Shown: positions 10,530 through 19,130 of the stretch, in pieces | Numbering within the stretch: position 1 is the stretch's first letter | How the letters are laid out: each line of letters opens with the position of its first letter | From: Lachnospiraceae bacterium | Lineage (GTDB): Bacteria > Bacillota > Clostridia > Lachnospirales > Lachnospiraceae | Reading direction: 5' to 3' | Assembly (NCBI GenBank): GCA_041826605.1 | Contig: JBHAJK010000029.1 | Coordinates: 2,358 to 66,357 of the forward strand | DNA: 64,000 nucleotides | Program-made: the position numbers and the translations under genes | Notes under the pieces: generated by a model | The model's database searches: none | Seen by the model: only the letters and a program-made list of their open reading frames with translations | Told to the model about the DNA's origin: nothing

Positions 10530-11228
10530 ATGTTAGAAGAACTAAAAAAACAGGTATATGAAGCCAATATGGAGCTTCCCAAACATAAGCTTATTACCTT
10601 TACATGGGGAAATGTAAGCGGGATAGACAGAGAAGCAGGACTTTTTGTGATTAAGCCAAGCGGCGTGGAATATGAGGCCCTTAGCCCTGAGGATATGGTA
10701 GTTGTGGATATGGAGGGTAATGTGGTAGAGGGCAAATATCGTCCATCCTCAGATACTGCCACCCATTTAGAAATTTATAAGGCATTTCCCAATGTTGGAG
10801 GTGTGGTTCACACACATTCGCCCTATGCAACCTCATGGGCTCAGGCAGGAAGAAGCATACCCTGCTACGGAACTACCCACGCAGATTATATTTACGGAGA
10901 GGTACCCTGTGTACGCTGTCTTACAAAGGAAGAAATTGATGAGGCATATGAGGCTAATACAGGTAAGCTTATTGTAAGTGAATTTAAGCGTATGGAAAAA
11001 GACCCTGTGGCAGTACCCGGCGTGCTATGCAAAAATCATGGTGTGTTTACCTGGGGAAAAAATGCAAATGAAGCTGTGCATAATGGTGTTGTAGTGGAAG
11101 AAGTGGCAAAAATGGCATTTTGGACAGAAGTAATAAATAATGATGTAAAGCCTGCTCCACAGGAATTACAGGACAAGCATTATTACAGAAAGCACGGTGC
11201 AGGGGCTTATTACGGTCAGGAGAAGTGA
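10530..11228 (+). CDS. araD: L-ribulose-5-phosphate 4-epimerase
   Basis: TWGNVS, PSSDTATH, HTHS, GTTHAD and RKHG..AYYGQ motifs. Confidence 0.96.
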   Translation: MLEELKKQVYEANMELPKHKLITFTWGNVSGIDREAGLFVIKPSGVEYEALSPEDMVVVDMEGNVVEGKYRPSSDTATHLEIYKAFPNVGGVVHTHSPYATSWAQAGRSIPCYGTTHADYIYGEVPCVRCLTKEEIDEAYEANTGKLIVSEFKRMEKDPVAVPGVLCKNHGVFTWGKNANEAVHNGVVVEEVAKMAFWTEVINNDVKPAPQELQDKHYYRKHGAGAYYGQEK

Positions 11229-11367
11229 TTTAACGTGCTCGTGAACGAGGTGCATAAAAACGCAATTTTTATAATGCACATTTTTTAGACTTGTGATATT
11301 ATAGCAATGTACTGAGGCAAGGCCTTGGGTATTTATAATAGTATCGGTTATTGAATGGAGGATTGAC

Positions 11368-12204
11368 ATGAATAACTTAGAGCTTCAAAAAAAAGCCAAT
11401 GAAGTTCGTAAGGGTATTGTGACGGCAGTCTACAGTGCCAAGGCGGGACATCCGGGTGGCTCATTATCTGCCGCAGATATGTTTACATATCTTTATTTTG
11501 AGGAAATGAATATTGACCCGGCAAATCCCAAGATGGAAAGCAGAGACAGATTTGTGCTTTCAAAGGGACATACTGCCCCGGGACTTTATTCGGCTCTGGC
11601 AAACAGAGGCTATTTTCCTGTAGAGGATTTAAAGACTTTAAGACATTTAGGCTCTTACTTGCAGGGACATCCCTGTATGCAGGAAACTCCCGGTGTGGAT
11701 ATGAGTTCGGGCTCGTTGGGACAGGGTATTTCCGCAGCAGTGGGTATGGCTGTAGCAGGAAAGATGGATAAGAAAGATTACCGTGTATATACACTCTTGG
11801 GAGACGGAGAAATTCAGGAGGGTCAGGTATGGGAGGCTTCAATGTTTGCAGGTGCTCATAATCTGGACAACCTTGTGGTAATCGTAGATAATAACGGACT
11901 ACAGATTGACGGTAGGGTAGAGGACGTCTGCTCGGTTTATCCTATTGAGGATAAATTCAAGGCATTCAATTTCCACGTAATCACTATAGACGCACATAAC
12001 TTTGATGAAATCAGAGCAGCTCTTAAGGAAGCAAAGCAGACTAAGGGTATGCCCACAGCAATAGTTATGAAGTCTGTTAAGGGTAAGGGTGTTTCCTTTA
12101 TGGAAAACAATGCGGGATGGCATGGAAAAGCACCTAATGATGCAGAATATGAGCAGGCTATGAAAGACTTAGCTTCTATTGATGAAAAGCTTGAGGAGGT
12201 CTGA
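11368..12204 (+). CDS. Transketolase, N-terminal (TPP-binding) subunit
   Basis: GHPGGSLS, LSKGH, GSLGQG and GDGE..EG motifs. Confidence 0.95.
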   Translation: MNNLELQKKANEVRKGIVTAVYSAKAGHPGGSLSAADMFTYLYFEEMNIDPANPKMESRDRFVLSKGHTAPGLYSALANRGYFPVEDLKTLRHLGSYLQGHPCMQETPGVDMSSGSLGQGISAAVGMAVAGKMDKKDYRVYTLLGDGEIQEGQVWEASMFAGAHNLDNLVVIVDNNGLQIDGRVEDVCSVYPIEDKFKAFNFHVITIDAHNFDEIRAALKEAKQTKGMPTAIVMKSVKGKGVSFMENNAGWHGKAPNDAEYEQAMKDLASIDEKLEEV

Positions 12205-12205
12205 A

Positions 12206-13144
12206 ATGGAAGAAATTAAGAAGATTGCAACCAGAGAAAGCTATGGTAATGCTTTGGTAGAATGTGCAGAGGATTTTCCGCAGCTTGTAGTACTTGATGC
12301 CGATTTGGCAGGTGCTACAAAGACAGGAACCTTTCAGAAAGCACATCCTGACAGATTTATAGATTGTGGTATTGCAGAGTGTAATATGACAGGTATTGCA
12401 GCAGGCTTGGCTACTTGCGGTAAAATTCCTTTTATATCTTCATTTGCAATGTTTGCAGCAGGAAGAAACTTTGAGCAGGTACGTAATTCAATAGGCTATC
12501 CCCATCTTAATGTAAAGATTGGTGCTACTCACGCAGGTATTACAGTAGGCGAGGATGGTGCAACACACCAGTGTAATGAGGATATTGCGCTTATGCGTAC
12601 TATTCCCGGAATGACTGTAATAGTTCCCAGTGATGATATTGAAGCAAAGGCAGCAGTAAGAGCAGCCCTTGAAACAGATGGTCCTGTATATTTAAGATTT
12701 GGACGTGCGGCAGTTCCCGTAGTAAATACTGGTGCTGATTATAAATTTGAAATCGGCAAGGGCGTTAAGCTTATGGAGGGAACGGATGTTACCATAGTTG
12801 CCACAGGTATTTGTGTGGATAGCGCATTAAAGGCAGCAGAAAAGCTATCAGCCGATGGAGTGAGTGCAGAGGTTATTAACATTCATACAATCAAGCCCCT
12901 TGATAAAGCTATTATTATTGAGTCGGCTAAAAAGACAGGAAAGGTAATTACTGTGGAAGAACATTCAGTAATCGGCGGTCTTGGCTCGGCAGTATGCGAT
13001 GTACTGGCAGAGGAATATCCTGTTAAGGTTAAAAAGATAGGTATGAACGACGTATTTGGCGAGTCAGGCTCAGCAGGAGCGCTGGTAGCAAAATACGGCT
13101 TGGATGGGGATGGAGTATATAATACCATCAAAGCATTTATCTGA
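12206..13144 (+). CDS. Transketolase, C-terminal subunit
   Basis: GIAECNM, GEDGATHQ and EEHSVIGGLG motifs; SD GAGGAGG upstream. Confidence 0.95.
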   Translation: MEEIKKIATRESYGNALVECAEDFPQLVVLDADLAGATKTGTFQKAHPDRFIDCGIAECNMTGIAAGLATCGKIPFISSFAMFAAGRNFEQVRNSIGYPHLNVKIGATHAGITVGEDGATHQCNEDIALMRTIPGMTVIVPSDDIEAKAAVRAALETDGPVYLRFGRAAVPVVNTGADYKFEIGKGVKLMEGTDVTIVATGICVDSALKAAEKLSADGVSAEVINIHTIKPLDKAIIIESAKKTGKVITVEEHSVIGGLGSAVCDVLAEEYPVKVKKIGMNDVFGESGSAGALVAKYGLDGDGVYNTIKAFI

Positions 13145-13168
13145 TATTAATTAATTTTATAAAAAGTT

Positions 13169-13203
13169 AAGCCCAAAGTTGCCTTTTGGGCTTTTCTTTT
13201 TTT
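13169..13203 (+). terminator. Rho-independent terminator
   Basis: AAGCCCAAAG...TTTTGGGCTT followed by T-run. Confidence 0.8.
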
Positions 13204-13294
13204 GTGTGGTCGGGGTATACTATTCTGTGAAAGTTATCCTGTGGGATTTATGGCATTAATCCTACGGATAAAATAAAGCTATGTGAGGATTTAT

Positions 13295-14104
13295 ATGTAT
13301 AATGATTTATTTAGTATTGGTCCATTAACTGTTCATGGCTATGGGCTTATGATTGGAATAGGTGTTATAGCAGCTCTTTTGCTGGGAGATTATAGGGCAA
13401 AGAAGAAAGGTCTGGATGGGGACCTTATATATGGTATGACTGTGGCAGCGGTGGTCTTTGGATTTATTGCGGCAAGAGTGCTGTTTATTATTACGGAATT
13501 TAAAAATTTCTTAAAAGAGCCTTTAAGGTATATTACAGGCTCAGGCTTTGTGGTGTTTGGAGGCTTAATAGGCGGAATTGTTGCAGTATATATATATTGT
13601 AGAATTAAAAAAGTAAACGCCATTGATTATATGGATTTAATGGCACCCTCTGTAGCCTTGGCTCAGGGCTTTGGCAGAATAGGCTGCCTGCTTGCAGGCT
13701 GTTGCTATGGCAGGGAAACCGCCAGTCGTTTTGGAATTATGTTCTTACATTCTGATTTTGCGCCAAATGGTGTAAGGCTTATTCCTACACAGATTATTAT
13801 GTCAGCAGGGGATTTTGCTATTGCTATAATATTGCTACTGCTGGGACTTAAGCTAAAAAAGAGAGGACAGATTACCCTTATATGGCTGGGACTTTACAGT
13901 GTGGGCAGATTTTTTGTGGAATTTTTAAGAAATGATTACAGAGGAAGCGTGGGCATTCTTTCTACATCACAGTTTATAGGAATATTCGTATTAATAGGGG
14001 TAATATTAGCATATATCTTTTTGGTACCTGTACTTAATAAGGAAAAAGCAGTGACAGACAGTGTGCCTGCGGATGAAAGTACGGACATAGGAATGGAGGA
14101 ATAG
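13295..14104 (+). CDS. lgt: Prolipoprotein diacylglyceryl transferase
   Basis: HGYGLM, GGLIGG, QGFGRIGCLLAGCCYG and RFFVEFLR motifs. Confidence 0.93.
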   Translation: MYNDLFSIGPLTVHGYGLMIGIGVIAALLLGDYRAKKKGLDGDLIYGMTVAAVVFGFIAARVLFIITEFKNFLKEPLRYITGSGFVVFGGLIGGIVAVYIYCRIKKVNAIDYMDLMAPSVALAQGFGRIGCLLAGCCYGRETASRFGIMFLHSDFAPNGVRLIPTQIIMSAGDFAIAIILLLLGLKLKKRGQITLIWLGLYSVGRFFVEFLRNDYRGSVGILSTSQFIGIFVLIGVILAYIFLVPVLNKEKAVTDSVPADESTDIGMEE

Positions 14105-14105
14105 A

Positions 14106-14282
14106 ATGGCTAGCTGTGACAGTTGTGCAAACTATAGCTATGATGAAGAATATGAGTATTATGTGTGTGATGTTAATTTAGATGAAGATGATATGGAGAG
14201 ATTTTTATCAGGCAATAATGATAATTGTCCATATTATCAGTCTGATGATGAATATTTGGTAGTCAGACATCAGGCATTTTAA
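14106..14282 (+). CDS. Small Cys-containing acidic protein (58 aa, DUF6472-like), absent from ORF track
   Basis: Hand translation MASCDSCANYSYDEEYEYYVCDVNLDEDDMERFLSGNNDNCPYYQSDDEYLVVRHQAF*; SD GGAGG upstream; fills operon gap. Confidence 0.8.
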   Translation: MASCDSCANYSYDEEYEYYVCDVNLDEDDMERFLSGNNDNCPYYQSDDEYLVVRHQAF

Positions 14283-14292
14283 AAGGAGAGTT

Positions 14293-14751
14293 ATGACAAA
14301 ACTGGAATTTACAGAGAGCATAAGGAGGAATATTGCCTCTGTAGGGGATTATAATTTTATTAATGATACTGTAGAATATTATCAGAATTATATTGAAACA
14401 GCAGTAGCCAAGGGACGGGAAGAGTCGGAGGTACTGTCGGAGCTGGGAGACCCCAAGCTGATTGCAAAGTCGATTTTGGCAAGCAGAAATATGAACTATA
14501 CAGAGACTGGGGATGAGGAAGTGGGCGAGGAGGAAATACCTAAGGATGACCGTCTGCATATCAGAACCAGAAGCGGAAAGCTGATTAGTCTGCCTATGTG
14601 GCTTGCAAAAACAGCAGGAATAGTAATTGGTGTAGGAGCTGTTGCGCTAGTAGGATTTATAGCAATTAATATTTTAAGAGTAATTTTTCCACCACTTATG
14701 GTAGGAGCATTGGCGTACTTATTGTATAAATTTTTTAAGGATAATTTTTAA
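14293..14751 (+). CDS. DUF1700-like membrane protein
   Basis: YY..YI...G..E.EVL.ELGDPKLIAK motif plus C-terminal TM segments. Confidence 0.7.
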   Translation: MTKLEFTESIRRNIASVGDYNFINDTVEYYQNYIETAVAKGREESEVLSELGDPKLIAKSILASRNMNYTETGDEEVGEEEIPKDDRLHIRTRSGKLISLPMWLAKTAGIVIGVGAVALVGFIAINILRVIFPPLMVGALAYLLYKFFKDNF

Positions 14752-15906
14752 ATGTCAACTAGAATGGAACTAATCGCGCCCTGTCACTTTGGACTTGAGG
14801 CGTTGCTAAAAAGAGAAATAGACGATTTAGGCTATGATATAGTCAGAGTGGATGACGGCCGTGTCACTTTTATAGGGGACGAAGAGGCCGTTGCCAGAGT
14901 GAATATATGGTCACGAACTGCTGAAAGAGTATTAATAAAAGTGGGTAGCTTTTATGCATATTCCTTTGAGGAACTGTATCAGGGGACAAAGGCACTGCCA
15001 TGGGAGAATTATATTCCCAAGGATGGAAAGTTCTGGGTTACAAAGGCAAGCAGTGTTAAGAGCAAGCTGTTTAGCCCCTCGGATATTCAGTCCATAATGA
15101 AAAAGGCTATGGTGGATAGGCTAAGAGAAACCTACCATATTGAGAGATTTGAGGAAAGTGGGGAAAGCTTCCCAATAAGAGTCTTTATAATGAAGGATGA
15201 GGTAGTAGTATCTCTTGATACAACCGGGGACTCATTGCATAAAAGAGGCTATAGAAAGCTGACTGCAAAGGCACCTATTGCGGAAAATCTGGCAGCGGCA
15301 CTTATTATGCTCACTCCCTGGCGAAAGGAACGTATTTTGGTGGACCCATTTTGCGGAAGCGGAACCTTTCCTATTGAAGCAGCCCTCATGGCGGCAAATA
15401 TGGCACCGGGTATGAACAGGGAATTTAATGCCTGTGACTGGGAGAATATTATACCGGCCCGTATATGGAAAGATGCCTATGATGAAGCCCGTGATATGGT
15501 GGAAATGCCTACAGATGTGGATATTCAGGGATATGATATTGATGATGAGATGGTAAGTATTGCAAGAGCAAATGCGAAATTGGCAGGAGTGGACAAGCTT
15601 ATTCATTTCCAAAGAAGAGGTGTGGAGGATTTAAGCCATCCAAAGAAGTACGGATTTATTATAACCAATCCTCCTTATGGCGAGAGAATTTACGAAAAAG
15701 AGCAGTTGGGAAAGCTATATGATGTAATAGGAGAGCGCTATAAGGCATTGGACAGTTGGTCACTATATATGATTACGGCGTATGAGGAGGCGGAAAATCA
15801 TATAGGTAAAAAGGCTGATAAAAACAGAAAAATATATAATGGTATGATGATGACCCGCTTCTATTCTTTTATGGGACCTAAGCCTCCTAAAAAGGAGAAG
15901 CTGTGA
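14752..15906 (+). CDS. THUMP-domain 23S rRNA methyltransferase (RlmL/YpsC-like)
   Basis: LHKRGYR, DPFCGSGT and ITNPPYG motifs. Confidence 0.92.
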   Translation: MSTRMELIAPCHFGLEALLKREIDDLGYDIVRVDDGRVTFIGDEEAVARVNIWSRTAERVLIKVGSFYAYSFEELYQGTKALPWENYIPKDGKFWVTKASSVKSKLFSPSDIQSIMKKAMVDRLRETYHIERFEESGESFPIRVFIMKDEVVVSLDTTGDSLHKRGYRKLTAKAPIAENLAAALIMLTPWRKERILVDPFCGSGTFPIEAALMAANMAPGMNREFNACDWENIIPARIWKDAYDEARDMVEMPTDVDIQGYDIDDEMVSIARANAKLAGVDKLIHFQRRGVEDLSHPKKYGFIITNPPYGERIYEKEQLGKLYDVIGERYKALDSWSLYMITAYEEAENHIGKKADKNRKIYNGMMMTRFYSFMGPKPPKKEKL

Positions 15907-16655
15907 AAAGGAAAGTAATTGTTACCTCAGTAATTTTATTTATAGTGGCATTATTAGCCTTGGGCAGACGATATTATTCGGATGTATATACAAATCCTGT
16001 GGTAATCAGTGAAAGAGAGCTTTTAGAGACTGAGGAGGCATATGAACAGCTTTGCGAAGATATAAAGGCGGATACAGCAGAATATGATTTTACTGTATTA
16101 ATAAATCCTCTGTATGGGGGAAGCAGTAGTGGTGCAGTAGCCGGAGAACTACGAGAGGCGGATATAGCCCTGTCTGTGGCAAAATATGTGAAAGCTTTTA
16201 ATGAAAATAGTGATGTAAGAATAATTTTAACAAGAACCGGAAATACCAACCCCAGTATGGAACAGCGTTTAGAAATATTTTCTTTGGTAAATCCGGATAT
16301 TATTTTGGATATCTGCGTATCTGAAGATACGGCTTCTTCTGTAATGGGAGCCTCAGTTTTATATGATGATACTTATTATGATTATCACTTGACAAATGAT
16401 AGAATTGCCGATATTTTTGAAAAAAGTATTGTTAATAAAACATATACGGTGGCAAAGGGAATATTTCCAACCGGGAATAATGAAAAATATTCCTTTATAT
16501 ATGGCAGAGAAAAGCCCGCCGCTGTAATTTCCTGTGGATATATTACAAATGGAAAGGAAATGGCAGCATTATCCGGCAGGGAATATAGAAAGAATATCGC
16601 CCTGGGAATTTTAGACGGAATAGACGAGGTTGTTACAACCCTTAGGAACGGATGA
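15903..16655 (+). CDS. N-acetylmuramoyl-L-alanine amidase-fold protein (catalytically degenerate)
   Basis: N-terminal TM; INPLYGG, ILTR and CGYITN..E segments match Amidase_3 layout but Zn ligands are altered. Confidence 0.7.
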   Translation: MKRKVIVTSVILFIVALLALGRRYYSDVYTNPVVISERELLETEEAYEQLCEDIKADTAEYDFTVLINPLYGGSSSGAVAGELREADIALSVAKYVKAFNENSDVRIILTRTGNTNPSMEQRLEIFSLVNPDIILDICVSEDTASSVMGASVLYDDTYYDYHLTNDRIADIFEKSIVNKTYTVAKGIFPTGNNEKYSFIYGREKPAAVISCGYITNGKEMAALSGREYRKNIALGILDGIDEVVTTLRNG

Positions 16656-16659
16656 TTGT

Positions 16660-17271
16660 ATGGAAAGAAAGATTGTATTTGCAACAGGAAATAATGGAAA
16701 GCTTAGAGAAATTCGTGAGATAATGAAAGACTTTAATATTCCCATTATTTCTATGAAAGAGGCAGGAGTAGAAGTAGAGGTGGAGGAAAATGGAAAGACC
16801 TTTATGGAAAATTCTTTTTTAAAGGCTTCTGCCATATCTGAAAAATGTAAGGAGCAGGGGATTGAAGCCATAGTATTGGCTGATGACTCAGGACTGGTGG
16901 TGGATGCACTTGGCGGAGAGCCGGGAATTTATTCGGCAAGATATTTAGGAGAGGATACACCCTATAGTATTAAGAACGGAAATATTATAGAACGTCTTAA
17001 GGATGTACCGGATAGTGAGAGAAGTGCCCGTTTTGTATGTGCCATTGCCTGTGTAATGCCTGATGGCAGTAAATATGAGGCTGAGGCTACATATGAGGGG
17101 GCAATAGGCTACGAGGAAAAGGGAAAGAATGGCTTTGGTTACGACCCCATTTTTTATTTACCTGACAGGGGCGTGTATAGCGCAGAGCTTGATACTGATG
17201 AAAAAAACAGAATAAGTCATAGGGGAAAAGCGTTGGTTATGATGAAAGACATACTTTCAGAGGTTTTATGA
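16660..17271 (+). CDS. rdgB: Non-canonical purine NTP pyrophosphatase (RdgB/HAM1)
   Basis: ATGNNGK, ADDSGL, GFGYDP and KNRISHRG motifs. Confidence 0.95.
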   Translation: MERKIVFATGNNGKLREIREIMKDFNIPIISMKEAGVEVEVEENGKTFMENSFLKASAISEKCKEQGIEAIVLADDSGLVVDALGGEPGIYSARYLGEDTPYSIKNGNIIERLKDVPDSERSARFVCAIACVMPDGSKYEAEATYEGAIGYEEKGKNGFGYDPIFYLPDRGVYSAELDTDEKNRISHRGKALVMMKDILSEVL

Positions 17272-17747
17272 GAATATTAGTAGTAAGTGATACCCATAGA
17301 AAAAATGATTTATATTTACAGCTTGTGAAAAAATATGAGCCCCTGGATATGATAATACATTGTGGAGATATTGAGGGAAGCGAATATACCATATCAGAGG
17401 CGTCCGATTGCCCTGTGTATATGGTGGCGGGAAATAATGATTTCTTTTCAAAGGCACCGGCAGAGGTGGAATTTGAAATAGGATGTCATAAGGTATTTTT
17501 GACCCATGGGCATAATTATTATATTTCTATGGGAAATGAGCTTATAAAGGATGAAGCCAGAAGCAGAGGAGCGGATATGGTAATTTATGGGCATACTCAC
17601 AGACCTGTTATTGACAAAGCAGGGGATGTGATTGCCATAAATCCGGGCTCTCTTACATATCCCAGGCAGGAGGGAAGAAATCCCAGTTATATTATAATTG
17701 AAGATATTGATGGGGAATTGGATATACAGATACATTATTTACCCTAA
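17268..17747 (+). CDS. YfcE/MJ0936-family metallophosphoesterase
   Basis: SDTH, HCGD, GNND, THGH, GHTH and NPGS motifs. Confidence 0.92.
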   Translation: MRILVVSDTHRKNDLYLQLVKKYEPLDMIIHCGDIEGSEYTISEASDCPVYMVAGNNDFFSKAPAEVEFEIGCHKVFLTHGHNYYISMGNELIKDEARSRGADMVIYGHTHRPVIDKAGDVIAINPGSLTYPRQEGRNPSYIIIEDIDGELDIQIHYLP

Positions 17748-17760
17748 GATGTAATTTATT

Positions 17761-17812
17761 AAGCATTTCCTGTTTGATAGAATGGAGTTTCTATTAAACA
17801 GGAAATGCTTTT
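17761..17812. terminator. Bidirectional terminator between convergent genes
   Basis: AAGCATTTCCTGTTTGATAGAA...TTCTATTAAACAGGAAATGCTT long inverted repeat. Confidence 0.75.
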
Positions 17813-17877
17813 TATATAATTAGGAAAATGCTTTGCATTTTCTATTGTATAAAATGCTCCGCTAAGGATGCATACTT

Positions 17878-18927
17878 TTAATCGTTAGGAGTACTCTTTA
17901 CCAAAATATTTATAAGCTCCTTTTGCTTTGGCGCAAAGTGCTCATCTACAATACCGAAGTCCTTATTTTTATAGTTCCAAATTGCTCTTCCGATACCAAA
18001 TTTATCAAAGGCTTTGGAGATGTCGCAGAGCCATCTTAAAGAGGCATCCAAAGGCGCCTTGTCTATAACACCGTATTCCCCGCAGTAGAGAGGTACATTA
18101 TATTTTTTGGCATATTCTACAGCGTCGCTGAAAAAGATTTCAAAAAATTCAGTGCCTACAGTATTAGTACCCTGTTCAAAAATAGCTCCTGCATGAGCCT
18201 GATTTAGTAGAATACTTTTTTCCTTATATAGCTCCAGTGGCGCAGGATAATCCAGGTCATAATCAATATTTTCCACCCAGTGAGCATGCTGATGGGTAAA
18301 GCATAGGGGCTCGTAGCAGTGGAAATTATAGATTATATATTCATCCCTTGGGGGATTTAATTTGGGGACACTTAAAACATTATTATGTGCCACACCGCCA
18401 ATGATGATGTAGGCGTCCTTTTCGTATTCTCTTATAAGTGAAATTGCTCTGTCTGCGATTTCATTCCACTTATCTGCGAAATCGGGATTTACCACCTCAT
18501 TTAATAGTTCAAAGGCAACTATATCCTTGTCCTTGCCATATCTTTTAATAAGATTTGTCCAGGTGCTTATAAATCTGTCCTGAAGTCTTATGTCTGTAAA
18601 GAATTTATCCGGGTCCGGAACTTCCTTTGTGTCGAACATAAAGCCATATGCCTTGTGCACGTCCAGTATAAGATTAAGTCCATACTTTCTGCACCAGCTT
18701 ATACAATCATCAATATGGGCGAAGCCCTCTTCCTTAAGGGTGCCCTCATCAGTTTCAATAACATCATAATCAAGAGGCAGTCTTACATGGTCAAGCCCCC
18801 AGGAGGCAATTTTTTCAATATCCACTTCGGTTATAAAATTATCAAAATGCTCCTTTTCGTAGAAAACACATTGAGAAAGCCAACCACCTAAATTAACTCC
18901 CCGCTGATAGCCTTTAAAAATATTCAT
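17878..18927 (-). CDS. Glycoside hydrolase family 5 (CelC-like endoglucanase, no signal peptide)
   Basis: GVNLGGWLSQ, DHVRLP, FELLNEV (acid/base), FHCYEP..FTHQ and LYCGEYG (nucleophile). Confidence 0.9.
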   Translation of the reverse strand: MNIFKGYQRGVNLGGWLSQCVFYEKEHFDNFITEVDIEKIASWGLDHVRLPLDYDVIETDEGTLKEEGFAHIDDCISWCRKYGLNLILDVHKAYGFMFDTKEVPDPDKFFTDIRLQDRFISTWTNLIKRYGKDKDIVAFELLNEVVNPDFADKWNEIADRAISLIREYEKDAYIIIGGVAHNNVLSVPKLNPPRDEYIIYNFHCYEPLCFTHQHAHWVENIDYDLDYPAPLELYKEKSILLNQAHAGAIFEQGTNTVGTEFFEIFFSDAVEYAKKYNVPLYCGEYGVIDKAPLDASLRWLCDISKAFDKFGIGRAIWNYKNKDFGIVDEHFAPKQKELINILVKSTPND

Positions 18928-19130
18928 TATTCTTCTCCCTTGTGTTCAAACAAATTTACCGTTAAAAGCTTAACATAATTTTTATAATATTTCATTTCAT
19001 TTGCAAAAGCTTTTTTTAATTATGAGCATAAAAGTGATATAAACGTCATATTTTTTATATTTTAAAAATAGCTTTAATGGAAGAATGGTTTTGTACGCAG
19101 ATTTCAATTACAAAATGGAGGGAAGAAACT

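Noticed and set aside
11368-13144. Absence of transaldolase implying a sedoheptulose-bisphosphate bypass
   Set aside because: Absence from one window says nothing about the genome.
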